The translations under genes and the position numbers were made by a program. Below are positions 28,319 through 37,800 of a stretch of 64,000 bases of DNA, in pieces. The DNA comes from an uncultured bacterium (lineage in GTDB: Bacteria; Oederibacteriota; JAAXVQ01; JAUVAV01), in assembly GCA_963710755.1 (NCBI GenBank), contig CAVQBK010000005.1, positions 32,001 to 96,000 of the forward strand, in the 5' to 3' direction. How positions within the stretch are numbered: the first letter of the stretch is position 1; every line of letters starts with the position of its first letter. Under the pieces are notes generated by a model. The model was not told the DNA's origin. It saw only the letters and a list, made by a program, of their open reading frames with translations, and searched no databases.

Positions 28319-30016
28319 TTAATAAGCTTTCAAGTCCTTTAATTCCAATTGGACCGTGGTAGTGCCATTCCAACGGTTCTCACCGGGCGAGCCCACCATA
28401 TCCAAGCTGCCGGCATTTTCAAGCTCCGGCAGTCGGTCACTCATACCAAATCCGATGACCTCCAATCGATGATTGCGGTCATCTCTCACTGCTAATTTTA
28501 AGTGCCTGTCCCCAACCACGCGCGGATAGCCGGCCAATTTTATCCCTCGAACCAACACCAAAGGTTTGTGATTCCCAAAACCAAAAGGTTCAAACCTGCT
28601 TAGTTCCCTGGTTAATTGATAATTGATTTGTCCCAGGTCTGCTTCCGCGTCGATAATCAGTTCGGGCTTAAGGCTGTCTTGGTCGAATATTTTATCTGCA
28701 AGCTCAGCCAAAGTCTGCTTAAAAATAGATAATTTTTCCCGATGCAAGGTGACGCCGGCCGCCATCTCATGGCCGCCCCATTTAAGCAGCAAAGGTGCCA
28801 TCTCATCCAATATCTGATGCAAGGGAAATCCTTTAATGCTTCTGCCCGAGCCCTTGACGATGTTATCTTCAACGGAAAGGGCGAAACAGGGGCGATAGTA
28901 TTTTTCACACAAACGGGCGGCCACCAACCCCACTACCCCATGGGGCCAATTCATCCCATAAACCGTAATCGCCGCGGGCAGGTGATCACGATCCAATTGC
29001 TGCTCGGCTTCCTGGAGTACTTTTTTTTGCACTAACTGGCGTTTGCTGTTTTCCTCATTAAGTTTGGCGGCCAAGCCATCCGCTTCCAAGGCATCTTTGG
29101 CCAACAATAAATTCAAACTGTGGTGGGCATCTCCCATTCTGCCGGCGGCATTGAGGCGCGGGGCAATTTTAAAAGCCAAATCCGTGGAATTCATCGGTTC
29201 CAACCCCAGCCCGGCCAACGTGGTCAGGGCTTTTAAACCCAAACGATGACCGCGATTGAGAACCGCCAGACCGGCTTTGGCCAAAAGACGGTTCTCCCCT
29301 ATCAAGGGTACCACATCAGCGACCGTGCCCAAGGCTACCAAATCCAGATGCTGACGTAATTTTTCCGTATCTTTTTCACCCAAGGCCGCAGCTGTGGCCC
29401 GTATGACCTGCAACCCTACCCCCACGCCTGCCAAGAGCCGTAAGTCGTCGGGACCGGTTACTTTGGGATTGACCACCACATCCGCATTCGGCAAAACGGC
29501 ACCGGGTTCATGATGATCCGTGACCAGGACGGTCATTCCCTTTTCTTTGGCCAGGGCGATTTCTTCAATAGCGGTAACCCCACAATCCACCGTCAGGAGT
29601 ACTTGCGTTCCCTGGGCGGCGGCTTTCTCAACAAAGGCGCGGTTAAGACCATAACCTTCGCTATAGCGGTCAGGCAGATAAGGGACAATCTGACCGCCCC
29701 GGGCGAGAATGAATTCCACCATTACCGCCGACGCCGTCACGCCATCGACATCATAATCACCAAAGAGCATGATCTTGGCTTTGGTCCGGATGGCCTGCGC
29801 CAACAGCTCTCCCGCTGCGACCGCACCGGGCAGCAAACGAAAATCACTTAGCCGTTGGTTTTTGCTTTCCAGAAAACGTTGTATGGCCGGTGTCGTATCA
29901 AACCCGCGCCGGATTAAAATGGCAGCGGTCAGTGGTTGAATAGCCAACTGGCGGGCAAACTCGTCCGCCTGATTGACGTCCACCGGCGTGGGTAAAATCC
30001 AATGTTTTAAATTCAC
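28319..30016 (-). CDS. recJ: Single-stranded DNA exonuclease RecJ
   Basis: GDYDVDG, EGYGLN, TVDCG, TDHH, GTVADVVPL, PRLNAAGR, GSGRS, GGHEMAAG. Confidence 0.98.
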   Translation of the reverse strand: MNLKHWILPTPVDVNQADEFARQLAIQPLTAAILIRRGFDTTPAIQRFLESKNQRLSDFRLLPGAVAAGELLAQAIRTKAKIMLFGDYDVDGVTASAVMVEFILARGGQIVPYLPDRYSEGYGLNRAFVEKAAAQGTQVLLTVDCGVTAIEEIALAKEKGMTVLVTDHHEPGAVLPNADVVVNPKVTGPDDLRLLAGVGVGLQVIRATAAALGEKDTEKLRQHLDLVALGTVADVVPLIGENRLLAKAGLAVLNRGHRLGLKALTTLAGLGLEPMNSTDLAFKIAPRLNAAGRMGDAHHSLNLLLAKDALEADGLAAKLNEENSKRQLVQKKVLQEAEQQLDRDHLPAAITVYGMNWPHGVVGLVAARLCEKYYRPCFALSVEDNIVKGSGRSIKGFPLHQILDEMAPLLLKWGGHEMAAGVTLHREKLSIFKQTLAELADKIFDQDSLKPELIIDAEADLGQINYQLTRELSRFEPFGFGNHKPLVLVRGIKLAGYPRVVGDRHLKLAVRDDRNHRLEVIGFGMSDRLPELENAGSLDMVGSPGENRWNGTTTVQLELKDLKAY

Positions 30017-30308
30017 AAAGCGCCCCTTGGATGCGTAATAATCATTAGTATGGGTTTGTGCTGATGCCGAAGAATGGTAAAAGAAGGACGATTATACCTT
30101 AAAACCCTTATGTTGACTAGATATCAATTGGGGAATATGAACGATGGAAGAATGGTTTATAAAAGAGATAAGAAGGTAGGGGCTCAAGTTGTGGAACCCC
30201 TGCCGTAAAGGAGACCGCAAAAACAGACCAACTCTATTTTTGAAGTCTTTAACTTTTCGTTCTTTGCGGTTTGGCGTGAGCGCTAAAAACTGTTCCGCAC
30301 CAACCGGT

Positions 30309-32147
30309 TTAGGAGGCCACCCGTAATAATTCTTCGTACGAGGTTTGCCCGGTTACCACTTTTTTCGCCACCAGGGCTTTTAAAGAAATGAACCCCGGCG
30401 TTTCCAATATAGCTTTACGCATCAGAGCAGCTGAGGTTTTGTTGATGATGGCTTCCCGCAAATTCTCTTTGATAGGAATGATTTCAAAAACAGCCTGACG
30501 CCCGCGATACCCTGTTTTGGAACAAGCTTCGCATCCTTTGCCCCGGTATAATTGCGCCTGTTTGCCGCTCATGCCCAAATATTTGGCAATGCCGGCCGGG
30601 GCCTCATAGGCCTCCTTGCACTTGGGACAGATGGACCGTACCAGCCGCTGATTGACAATAGCCGTCAAGGCCGAACCCAATAGGTAAGGCTCGATGCCCA
30701 TGTTGATGAGGTACTGGATGGCAGACACCGGATCATTGCTATGCATGGTGGTGATGACCATATGACCAGTGGGTACGGCATCCAGGACTTGCCGGGTGGA
30801 CTCCAGATCGTGCATCTCGCCCACCAGCAACACATCTGAATCCTGATCCAACATGGACCTTACACCATCGGCATAGCCAACGCCTTTATGTTCGTTGATC
30901 ACCACTTGGTTGACGCCTGGTAGAGAATAGTCTACGGCTTCATCCACAGCACTGACGTTCTTGGTTGATTTGTTCAAAGCGTTAAGGGTGGCATAGGAGG
31001 TTATCGTTTTGCCACTGGCTTTAGGACCTACAATTAGAACCAGACCATAAGGCTGCTGGATAATTCTTCGATAAAGGTCATATTGGGCTGGTTCCATACC
31101 CAATTTGTCCAACTCCAGAATGGTATTTTCCACGTTGAGCAAATGCATAACCACCTTTTCACCCCACATGGTGGGAGCGATCAGAATAGAGAGCGAGACA
31201 TCCTTACCCGGAATTTTAAGCCGCATACGTCCCCGTTGAGCCAGGCCTTTGACTTGTTGATCCATCTCGGCCATAACTTTTAACCGTCCGGCTAGGGCAT
31301 TGGCCAAGGAACGGGGCGGTGACTGCACTTCTTGCAAAATACCGTCAATACGCCACCTTATCCGAAAACTCGTTTCATAGGGTTCAAAATGGATGTCGGT
31401 GGCGCCAACTTTATTGGCTTCCACCAGCACACTGGTTAAGAAATTAATCACCGGCGTGTCACCCCCGGCTCCGCCGGCTGAAATGGTGGGAATGGAAGAG
31501 GCCATGGAAACCGGAGTATCCTGGAACTTGGAGGCAGCAGCTTTGGCGGCAGCATCCATACTCGCGACTTTACTATAATCAGGTCCCGCCGCTGAGGCCG
31601 CAGGTGTGGGGGCGCTAAATCCACCACCACCACCCATGCCGCTGGGGGCCTCCCCAAAGGTATCATCAGCCTTGGAGGATTTAACCAACTCGCCTGTGTC
31701 TTCTTCCTTGAATCCAAAATAGTTATCCACTGCTTGCTTGATTTCCTTTTCCGAGGACAAGCGCAGCTCCAAATCACAGCGGGTGGCTAATTTAATATCA
31801 TCGGTAACAAACACATTGGTGGGATCGGCCATGGCCAGAATAAGGGTATTGCCCTTTTTATCCACTGGAATGACATGCTGACTACGCATCAATTGTTCGG
31901 GAATGAGCTTCAACAGCGCTTTGGAAATAGCTTTCATTTCCGAGAGCGAGACATAGGGCACGCCCATCTGATTGCCTAAAAAAGCCATCAGCACTTCCAA
32001 GGTGACATAACCTTTGCGCACCAATACTTCCCCGACTTTTTCCCCTGTGACTTTTTGCTCTTGGAGACATTCTTCCAATTGCTCTTTAGTAATAATGTCT
32101 TCATCGAGAAGCATCTCACCAATGCGGTGCCCTTTACTCGTTGCCAT
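30309..32147 (-). CDS. GspE/PilB-family secretion ATPase homologue with MshEN domain; degenerate catalytic motifs
   Basis: RIGEMLL...IT..QL...L..Q MshEN repeat, DIHFEP, RIDG, GPKASGKT, LLVGEMHD, CPKC/CEAC, GYRGR; ATG 32147 has an AGGAGG SD. Confidence 0.88.
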   Translation of the reverse strand: MATSKGHRIGEMLLDEDIITKEQLEECLQEQKVTGEKVGEVLVRKGYVTLEVLMAFLGNQMGVPYVSLSEMKAISKALLKLIPEQLMRSQHVIPVDKKGNTLILAMADPTNVFVTDDIKLATRCDLELRLSSEKEIKQAVDNYFGFKEEDTGELVKSSKADDTFGEAPSGMGGGGGFSAPTPAASAAGPDYSKVASMDAAAKAAASKFQDTPVSMASSIPTISAGGAGGDTPVINFLTSVLVEANKVGATDIHFEPYETSFRIRWRIDGILQEVQSPPRSLANALAGRLKVMAEMDQQVKGLAQRGRMRLKIPGKDVSLSILIAPTMWGEKVVMHLLNVENTILELDKLGMEPAQYDLYRRIIQQPYGLVLIVGPKASGKTITSYATLNALNKSTKNVSAVDEAVDYSLPGVNQVVINEHKGVGYADGVRSMLDQDSDVLLVGEMHDLESTRQVLDAVPTGHMVITTMHSNDPVSAIQYLINMGIEPYLLGSALTAIVNQRLVRSICPKCKEAYEAPAGIAKYLGMSGKQAQLYRGKGCEACSKTGYRGRQAVFEIIPIKENLREAIINKTSAALMRKAILETPGFISLKALVAKKVVTGQTSYEELLRVAS

Positions 32148-32308
32148 GTGCTTTCCTCCTCTGTCGGCGGGGAAAATGAATGGTTTGTCCCAACTACTTT
32201 TCAGCATGGAGTCAAACCAATAGTTGACCTCTCATACACCAGACTCATAGGCCAAACGTTTGCCGGTAATACCAAAGAACCGGCCCGAAACTGGCCCCAG
32301 GTTATGTT

Positions 32309-34015
32309 CTAGCTGCCAAACAATCCAAACAGACCTTTTTTCTTATCCTGCTTTTTAACTTCGCCTTCGTCCGGGTGCTCGGGATTTTCCACTTCCTGAT
32401 AATCCACGGACTGCCCTTTTTCAAAGGTTTTGTGCTTGGTGGGATCGTGGCGCTCCGGCATTTTCATTTCTGCTTGTTCTTTGGAACTGCGGTTGATCTC
32501 CGCTTCCGTCAAGCCTGAGTTGGGTGTGATTTTAATAGCCTGTTCCTTGCCAGTCCCCAGATCGGTAGCCGAAACCCGGACAATGCCATTGGCATCCACA
32601 TCAAAAGCCACCTCAATTTGAGGAACTTCCCTGGGGGCCGGAGGAATGCCGACCAAGTCAAAGGTACCGATTAGTTTATTGTCGGCGGCCATGGGTTTTT
32701 CACCCTGGTAAACCTGAATACGCACAAAAGTTTGGTTATCTTTGGCTGTAGAAAATATTTCACTCTTGCGCACGGGGATGGTGGAATTTTTCTCTATGAT
32801 TTTTGACATCATACCGCCTTCGGTCCTAATTCCGAGAGAGAAAGGGGTGACGTCAAGCAGGAGAATGTCGCGAATATTGCCTTTGAGCACTGAAGCCTGA
32901 ATGGCCGCCCCGGCTGCAACAGTCTCATCCGGATTTACGCCGGGATAGGGATCCTTGCCGAATAATCGTTTGACCACTTCCTGAACCTTGAGCATGCGGG
33001 TGCTGCCGCCTACCAATACCACTTCATCGATATCATTGGGCCGCAAGCCGGCATCTTTTAGGGCTTCTTCACAAGGTGCAATGGTAGCCTGAACCAAATC
33101 CTTGGTCAGGTCCTCAAATTTGGCTCGCGTCAATTTGGCGTTCAAATGTTTGGGTCCGCCGCTGTCATTGGCAATAAACGGCAGCGTGATTTCCGTCACC
33201 GTCTTCTCCGACAATTCACACTTGGCTTTTTCCGCGGCTTCCTTGAGACGCTGCAGGGCAATACGATCTTCGCGCAAGTCCACTTTTTCCTGTTTTTTAA
33301 ATTCCACGATCAGCCAATCAATGATTTTTTGATCAAAATCATCGCCACCGAGATGGGTGTCCCCGGAGGATGCTTTGACCTCAAATACGCCGTTGCCCAA
33401 TTCCAATATACTGATATCAAAGGTACCGCCGCCAAGGTCATAAATGGCGATTTTGCGCTTGGTTTTCCGGTCAAACCCGGAAGCCAGAGACGCCGCTGTA
33501 GGTTCATTGATAATGCGCAGCACGTCCAGACCGGCAATTTTACCGGCATCCTTGGTTGCTTGACGCTGACTGTCATTGAAATAGGCAGGACAGGTGATGA
33601 CAGCTTTTTCTATTTTTTCTCCCAGAAATTTTTCCGCGTCCTGCTTGATTTTCCGCAGGATCATGGCCGATATTTCGGGAGGTGAATAAACTTTTTCCCT
33701 CACGGTTACCCGCACGTCGCCATTAGAAGCTGCCGTCAATTGATAGGGCATCAATTCAATATCTTTTTGCACCACCGGGTCATCCAATTTCAACCCCATA
33801 AAGCGTTTGACGGAATAGACGGTGGATTCAGGATTGATCACCTCTTGTCTCTTGGCCTGTTCGCCCACCATCAATTCTCCGTCTTTCATGATACTGACCA
33901 CCGACGGTGTAGTACGCATACCTTCCACATTGGGGATAATGATTAACTCATTATCCTGCATAATGGCCGCACAGGAATTGGTTGTTCCCAAATCAATACC
34001 GATGATCTTAGACAT
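32309..34015 (-). CDS. Hsp70/DnaK paralogue with truncated lid and [10 protein letters not shown] tail
   Basis: [27 protein letters not shown], linker DILLLDVTP, complete beta substrate-binding domain; similarity ends shortly after SGLTEAEI; 568 aa; no grpE alongside. Confidence 0.93.
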   Translation of the reverse strand: MSKIIGIDLGTTNSCAAIMQDNELIIIPNVEGMRTTPSVVSIMKDGELMVGEQAKRQEVINPESTVYSVKRFMGLKLDDPVVQKDIELMPYQLTAASNGDVRVTVREKVYSPPEISAMILRKIKQDAEKFLGEKIEKAVITCPAYFNDSQRQATKDAGKIAGLDVLRIINEPTAASLASGFDRKTKRKIAIYDLGGGTFDISILELGNGVFEVKASSGDTHLGGDDFDQKIIDWLIVEFKKQEKVDLREDRIALQRLKEAAEKAKCELSEKTVTEITLPFIANDSGGPKHLNAKLTRAKFEDLTKDLVQATIAPCEEALKDAGLRPNDIDEVVLVGGSTRMLKVQEVVKRLFGKDPYPGVNPDETVAAGAAIQASVLKGNIRDILLLDVTPFSLGIRTEGGMMSKIIEKNSTIPVRKSEIFSTAKDNQTFVRIQVYQGEKPMAADNKLIGTFDLVGIPPAPREVPQIEVAFDVDANGIVRVSATDLGTGKEQAIKITPNSGLTEAEINRSSKEQAEMKMPERHDPTKHKTFEKGQSVDYQEVENPEHPDEGEVKKQDKKKGLFGLFGS

Positions 34016-34038
34016 GCCTTCCGCCTTTCTATATCGAC

Positions 34039-34581
34039 TTACTTTTTCAACAAATCAGCCAACCGGCGCAAAGTGCGCACAATCTCCTGATCTTTGGGAA
34101 GTAGTTCTTTCACTTTTTCAAATTGTTTTTTGGCTTCAGGAAATTTCCTCATATCCACAAAACACAACCCCATGTTGTAATGCGCCTCCGGAAATTTGGG
34201 ATATTGGTTGAGGGCTTCCTGGAATTTTTCCAAGGCCTTGCCTTTTTGCTTGGCATAGAGGGCCACGCCTGCTCCAAAATACTGCCGGGCCAGTTCAAAG
34301 GCTTTTTTTTGTTTGCCCTGGAAAAACATGAATTTCCGCTCTACCGTCTTCTTTTTTAAAGGGCAATAAATCTGAAAGTTATGAATTTTCCTTTTCTCCG
34401 GATTTGACAACCATTGATAAGCTTCCACCACTTTAGACGTCATCTCATGGGCCCACTGAGCCCGGTCCGGATTGTGATCAGGGTGGTATTTATAGAGCAG
34501 CATACGGTAATTGGTCTCTATCTCCTCAGTCGTGGCGGCGGGATAGACCTCCAGGATTTCATAATAGTTTTGATCGCTCAC
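34039..34581 (-). CDS. J-domain (HPD) + TPR protein
   Basis: NYYEILEV...YHPDHNP...[12 protein letters not shown], then TPR repeats ([16 protein letters not shown]...FEKV.EL.P). Confidence 0.92.
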   Translation of the reverse strand: MSDQNYYEILEVYPAATTEEIETNYRMLLYKYHPDHNPDRAQWAHEMTSKVVEAYQWLSNPEKRKIHNFQIYCPLKKKTVERKFMFFQGKQKKAFELARQYFGAGVALYAKQKGKALEKFQEALNQYPKFPEAHYNMGLCFVDMRKFPEAKKQFEKVKELLPKDQEIVRTLRRLADLLKK

Positions 34582-34642
34582 TGTCCTTACCTCAACTTTA
34601 TTAGATGGACCTTAGCTGCTGCTTCACTTCCAATATTATAAT

Positions 34643-36103
34643 TTAAAACTTGGTCCCTGTGATTCTAAAGACCGTCAGGTTCTCACCGGTATTGGGCATC
34701 TGCAAGTCTTCGACTTTCTCCGCCCGAATCAAATTTTCAACCCGCCGGTAAATGTCCCCGGCCACCATAACCACGGAAAATGGTTGATTGCTCATTTTTT
34801 GCGTAAAGCCCAGATAATCGCGGATCACTTCCGAAGGACCCAGCCCTTTGGGAGTTACATGCGCACCGGCAGCTTCACCGGAAGCCACCCCCAAGGACAC
34901 ATAAATGGGAAATTCGTTGCGTGCCACCCTGGTTTTATTGATCTTGGCCAATTCCTTTTGCATCTGAACAGCCGTTAGAATGGCTCGCCGTTCTTCGTCA
35001 TCGTGAGCACTATCCAGACCAAAGACCACCATAAACACATTGTTGTCAAATTTATAAACCTGACCTTCATACTCAAACAGGGTGGACACGAATTTCCGAA
35101 AATACATGATCAAGGCATCGGAAAAACTGGCCGCATCCTGGGTGGTGCTCAACTGGGCCACCTGGGTCAGATCGGCAAACACAATAGCCACAGGATGACG
35201 ATTGGCCTGGTGCTCATGCTGCATCAAGGCACTGGTATCCACGAAGCGTTCCTGGGCTTCCCGGCAAACATAATTTTCAAAAGATTCCTTGATTTTTTCA
35301 ACTTCCTTCAGTTCGTCGGCCACCACATCAAAGGCATCCTTAATGCGCACTTTTTCCTTCAGATCCTGCACCATCATATTGAAACTATTAGTTAACATCC
35401 CGATTTCATCGCGGCTCCTGGCCACAGCTGTAACGCCCAAATCCCCTTTGGCCACCTTGGCCATGGCTTCTGTCAATTCCCCAATAGGTTTGGTCACTGT
35501 CCGGGAAAGCCAGACGGCTCCACCGAATCCGAGGGCAATCATTACCAGAGTCAACAGGATATTGCGCATCTTGGCCAGCATAATCTCACGCTGCAAGGCC
35601 TTGAGGGAAAAACGCAGGTTGACCGTAGCCACCCGGGCATCGTCGACAATGATCTCGCCGGCAATGCGTGCCGTGTCTCCTGGCGTAAACGCGTGATTGG
35701 CAACCTTGACCAGGGATGCTTCCGATTCATCCAGACCTTCCAAGCTGGCATCGGTTTCCGCGATGCTGGCGGGATTCAAGGTGAAGGCTTTGATGCGGTC
35801 GGCATTATCAATAATGGAAATATAGAGAATATTGGCATCCAGATTACGAACGACTTTGATAAATTCTTTGAAGATAGGCCAATCCACCTGTTCTCCAGCC
35901 AGGGGTTCAATTAACTTAAGAGCTGCGATCATATTGGCCGTATCAGTCATGCGTTTATCCATTTCCGCATATTTCAACTGCTCTTCCTGGTAAATGGAAA
36001 AATAGCTGACCACACCCATGATGATGGCCACCAACGAGATGATTAATAGGGTAATCTTGGCGGCCAACCCGAACTGTGCTTTTTGTTTGGTCTTCTTGGT
36101 CAT
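34643..36103 (-). CDS. Membrane sensor: 2 TM, periplasmic domain, HAMP, degenerate class III nucleotide cyclase domain
   Basis: Two TM helices; HAMP (TKPIGELTEAMAKVAKGDL...DEIGMLTNSFNMM); VAIVFADL, KF..VFMVVFG, RRAILTAVQMQ, LGVASGE. ATG 36103, ORF open to 36115. Confidence 0.85.
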   Translation of the reverse strand: MTKKTKQKAQFGLAAKITLLIISLVAIIMGVVSYFSIYQEEQLKYAEMDKRMTDTANMIAALKLIEPLAGEQVDWPIFKEFIKVVRNLDANILYISIIDNADRIKAFTLNPASIAETDASLEGLDESEASLVKVANHAFTPGDTARIAGEIIVDDARVATVNLRFSLKALQREIMLAKMRNILLTLVMIALGFGGAVWLSRTVTKPIGELTEAMAKVAKGDLGVTAVARSRDEIGMLTNSFNMMVQDLKEKVRIKDAFDVVADELKEVEKIKESFENYVCREAQERFVDTSALMQHEHQANRHPVAIVFADLTQVAQLSTTQDAASFSDALIMYFRKFVSTLFEYEGQVYKFDNNVFMVVFGLDSAHDDEERRAILTAVQMQKELAKINKTRVARNEFPIYVSLGVASGEAAGAHVTPKGLGPSEVIRDYLGFTQKMSNQPFSVVMVAGDIYRRVENLIRAEKVEDLQMPNTGENLTVFRITGTKF

Positions 36104-36117
36104 AGGCCTTCCCAAAT

Positions 36118-37512
36118 TTATTGCAGCATTTTGAATGCATACAGACTGCGGTCACTGGACCCGATAAACAACAACCCATTTTCAATGATGGGCGAAGAAT
36201 TGACAGCCGCTCCGGCTTCATATCTGAATTTTTCCGCGCCATCCTTGCTGCGCAAACCGATGACATTGGCACCCGAACCTACAAATACCATGCCTTCATA
36301 GGCCAGGGGCGATGACAGTATTTTCCCCTTCAGATTGACTTTCCAGCTCAAGGCGCCGGATTTGGCATTAAGGGCATACAAGTACTTGTCATTGGAGCCA
36401 ATATACAAGCGTTTGCCGTCCACACATGGAGCCGAGGAAACCCAGCCATTGGTTGAAAATTTCCACACCAGCTCCCCGGAGTCACTTTTAAGGGCATAAA
36501 CATTTTTATCATCAGAGCCAAAATAGACCAAGCCGCCCACAATGGCAGCGCTGGAAAAAATTTGTTTTTCTGCTTTAAAGCTCCAAACTTCACTGCCATC
36601 AGCGGCATTAAGGGCATAAAATGTGGAACCCAAGGAACCCACATAAATCACCCCTTTATCCACCTTGACACTGGCAGCAACCGATCCATCCAGACGTTTT
36701 TTCCAGAGCATTTTGCCAGAACCGGCATTAAGGGCATAAATCTGTTGATCCATACAACCAATATAGGCCACCCCGCCTACCACAGCCGGTGAGGAGAAAT
36801 TAATCTGACCACCCAAGGTCGATCTCCAAACCCGGTCTCCAGATTTAGCATTAAAACAATAGATAAACCCATCGGTCGAACCAATATAGACTTTATTGGC
36901 CACCACAGCCGGCGAAGAAGTGATAGGACCGCCCGTGGCTTGTTCCCATAACTTCCGGCCATCTTTGGCGTTAAAGGCATAAACACTGCCATCTTGCGAA
37001 CCCACAAAAATCATACCCCCGCCATACGCAGGTGAGCCTTCAATGCCTCCACCGGTTCTGGATTTCCATTCCAGATCCAAAGGTTCATGCAAAGCCGGGC
37101 CATCGGCAGGTTGATTGGCGGGATTTTTTCTAAACATAGCCCACCCGGAAGCCTTGCCCGTGGGGGCTGGTGCGGCTTTGGTTTCTTTGGGCGCGCTCTC
37201 TTTTTCGGGCGCTGCCTGGATTTTTTCCTGGACTGCAGCGATTTCTTTTTCTATCTGCGCCACTTTTTGCTTGGAGGCCCGTCCCCCTTTATTGGCATGG
37301 CGAAGCGCATCCCGCAGCTCCTCTAATTTACGTTGCTGATCGGCAATGATACGTTGTTGTTCAACGGCTTTTTGCTGGGATTGGGCATTACCGGAGACAT
37401 TAAACTGGATTTTGATTTCTTTTTCTTTTGTTGGTTTGCCACAGCCATTTAAAAACCAGGAAAACGATGTAGCAAGGAGTAGCAGAGAAATCGCAGTATA
37501 TCTGTGGAACAT
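36118..37512 (-). CDS. Lipoprotein with coiled coil and PQQ-like eight-bladed beta-propeller
   Basis: Signal peptide ending FLNG-C, coiled coil, then about eight 40-aa W...SSP...GS.D..YA.NA.SG repeats; TTAAGGGCATA recurs at an exact 120-bp period (36368, 36488, 36608, 36728). Confidence 0.88.
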   Translation of the reverse strand: MFHRYTAISLLLLATSFSWFLNGCGKPTKEKEIKIQFNVSGNAQSQQKAVEQQRIIADQQRKLEELRDALRHANKGGRASKQKVAQIEKEIAAVQEKIQAAPEKESAPKETKAAPAPTGKASGWAMFRKNPANQPADGPALHEPLDLEWKSRTGGGIEGSPAYGGGMIFVGSQDGSVYAFNAKDGRKLWEQATGGPITSSPAVVANKVYIGSTDGFIYCFNAKSGDRVWRSTLGGQINFSSPAVVGGVAYIGCMDQQIYALNAGSGKMLWKKRLDGSVAASVKVDKGVIYVGSLGSTFYALNAADGSEVWSFKAEKQIFSSAAIVGGLVYFGSDDKNVYALKSDSGELVWKFSTNGWVSSAPCVDGKRLYIGSNDKYLYALNAKSGALSWKVNLKGKILSSPLAYEGMVFVGSGANVIGLRSKDGAEKFRYEAGAAVNSSPIIENGLLFIGSSDRSLYAFKMLQ

Positions 37513-37564
37513 AGGGGCCTCCCCAAGGAGTTGATCTACTATAATTGCACAAAAATATTAAAAA

Positions 37565-37594
37565 ATTTTATCACGGGTTAAAATATATTGTCAA
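37565..37594 (-). promoter_or_regulatory. Putative sigma70 promoter of the five-gene cluster
   Basis: Minus strand TTGACA-N18-TAAAAT with a TG extended -10, about 50 nt upstream of the 37512 ATG. Confidence 0.6.
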
Positions 37595-37704
37595 TGTTCC
37601 CGTAATCTATTACAACCCATTTCTTGTCATCTATTGACAAAATCTTGCTTCAAAACAGTTAACCATATTTTCGTCTTATTTTCTTGGAAATTAAGGAATT
37701 TTTC

Positions 37705-37750
37705 GGGGCTATGGCCAATAAACATCAATCTCCATCTTGACCATAGCCCC
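37705..37750 (-). other. Stem-loop downstream of smc
   Basis: GGGGCTATGG / CCATAGCCCC perfect 10-bp arms (14 bp with a G.U pair on the minus strand); no U-tract follows. Confidence 0.6.
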
Positions 37751-37800
37751 ACACAGGCTAAAAACGGTAAGGACTATTCAGGCTGGCAGCAACAGAGTAT

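Noticed and set aside
30193-30290. REP-like ACCGCAAA...TTTGCGGT inverted motif downstream of the PilB-like gene
   Set aside because: Single, short and degenerate, with no second copy in the window.
36118-37512. Calling the propeller lipoprotein BamB or a PQQ dehydrogenase
   Set aside because: It has highly regular repeats, an extra coiled coil, no catalytic motifs, and is not linked to bamA or der; left as a generic PQQ-like propeller.
37705-37750. Intrinsic terminator for smc
   Set aside because: The stem is good but is followed by an A-run rather than a U-run on the coding strand; kept only as a stem-loop.
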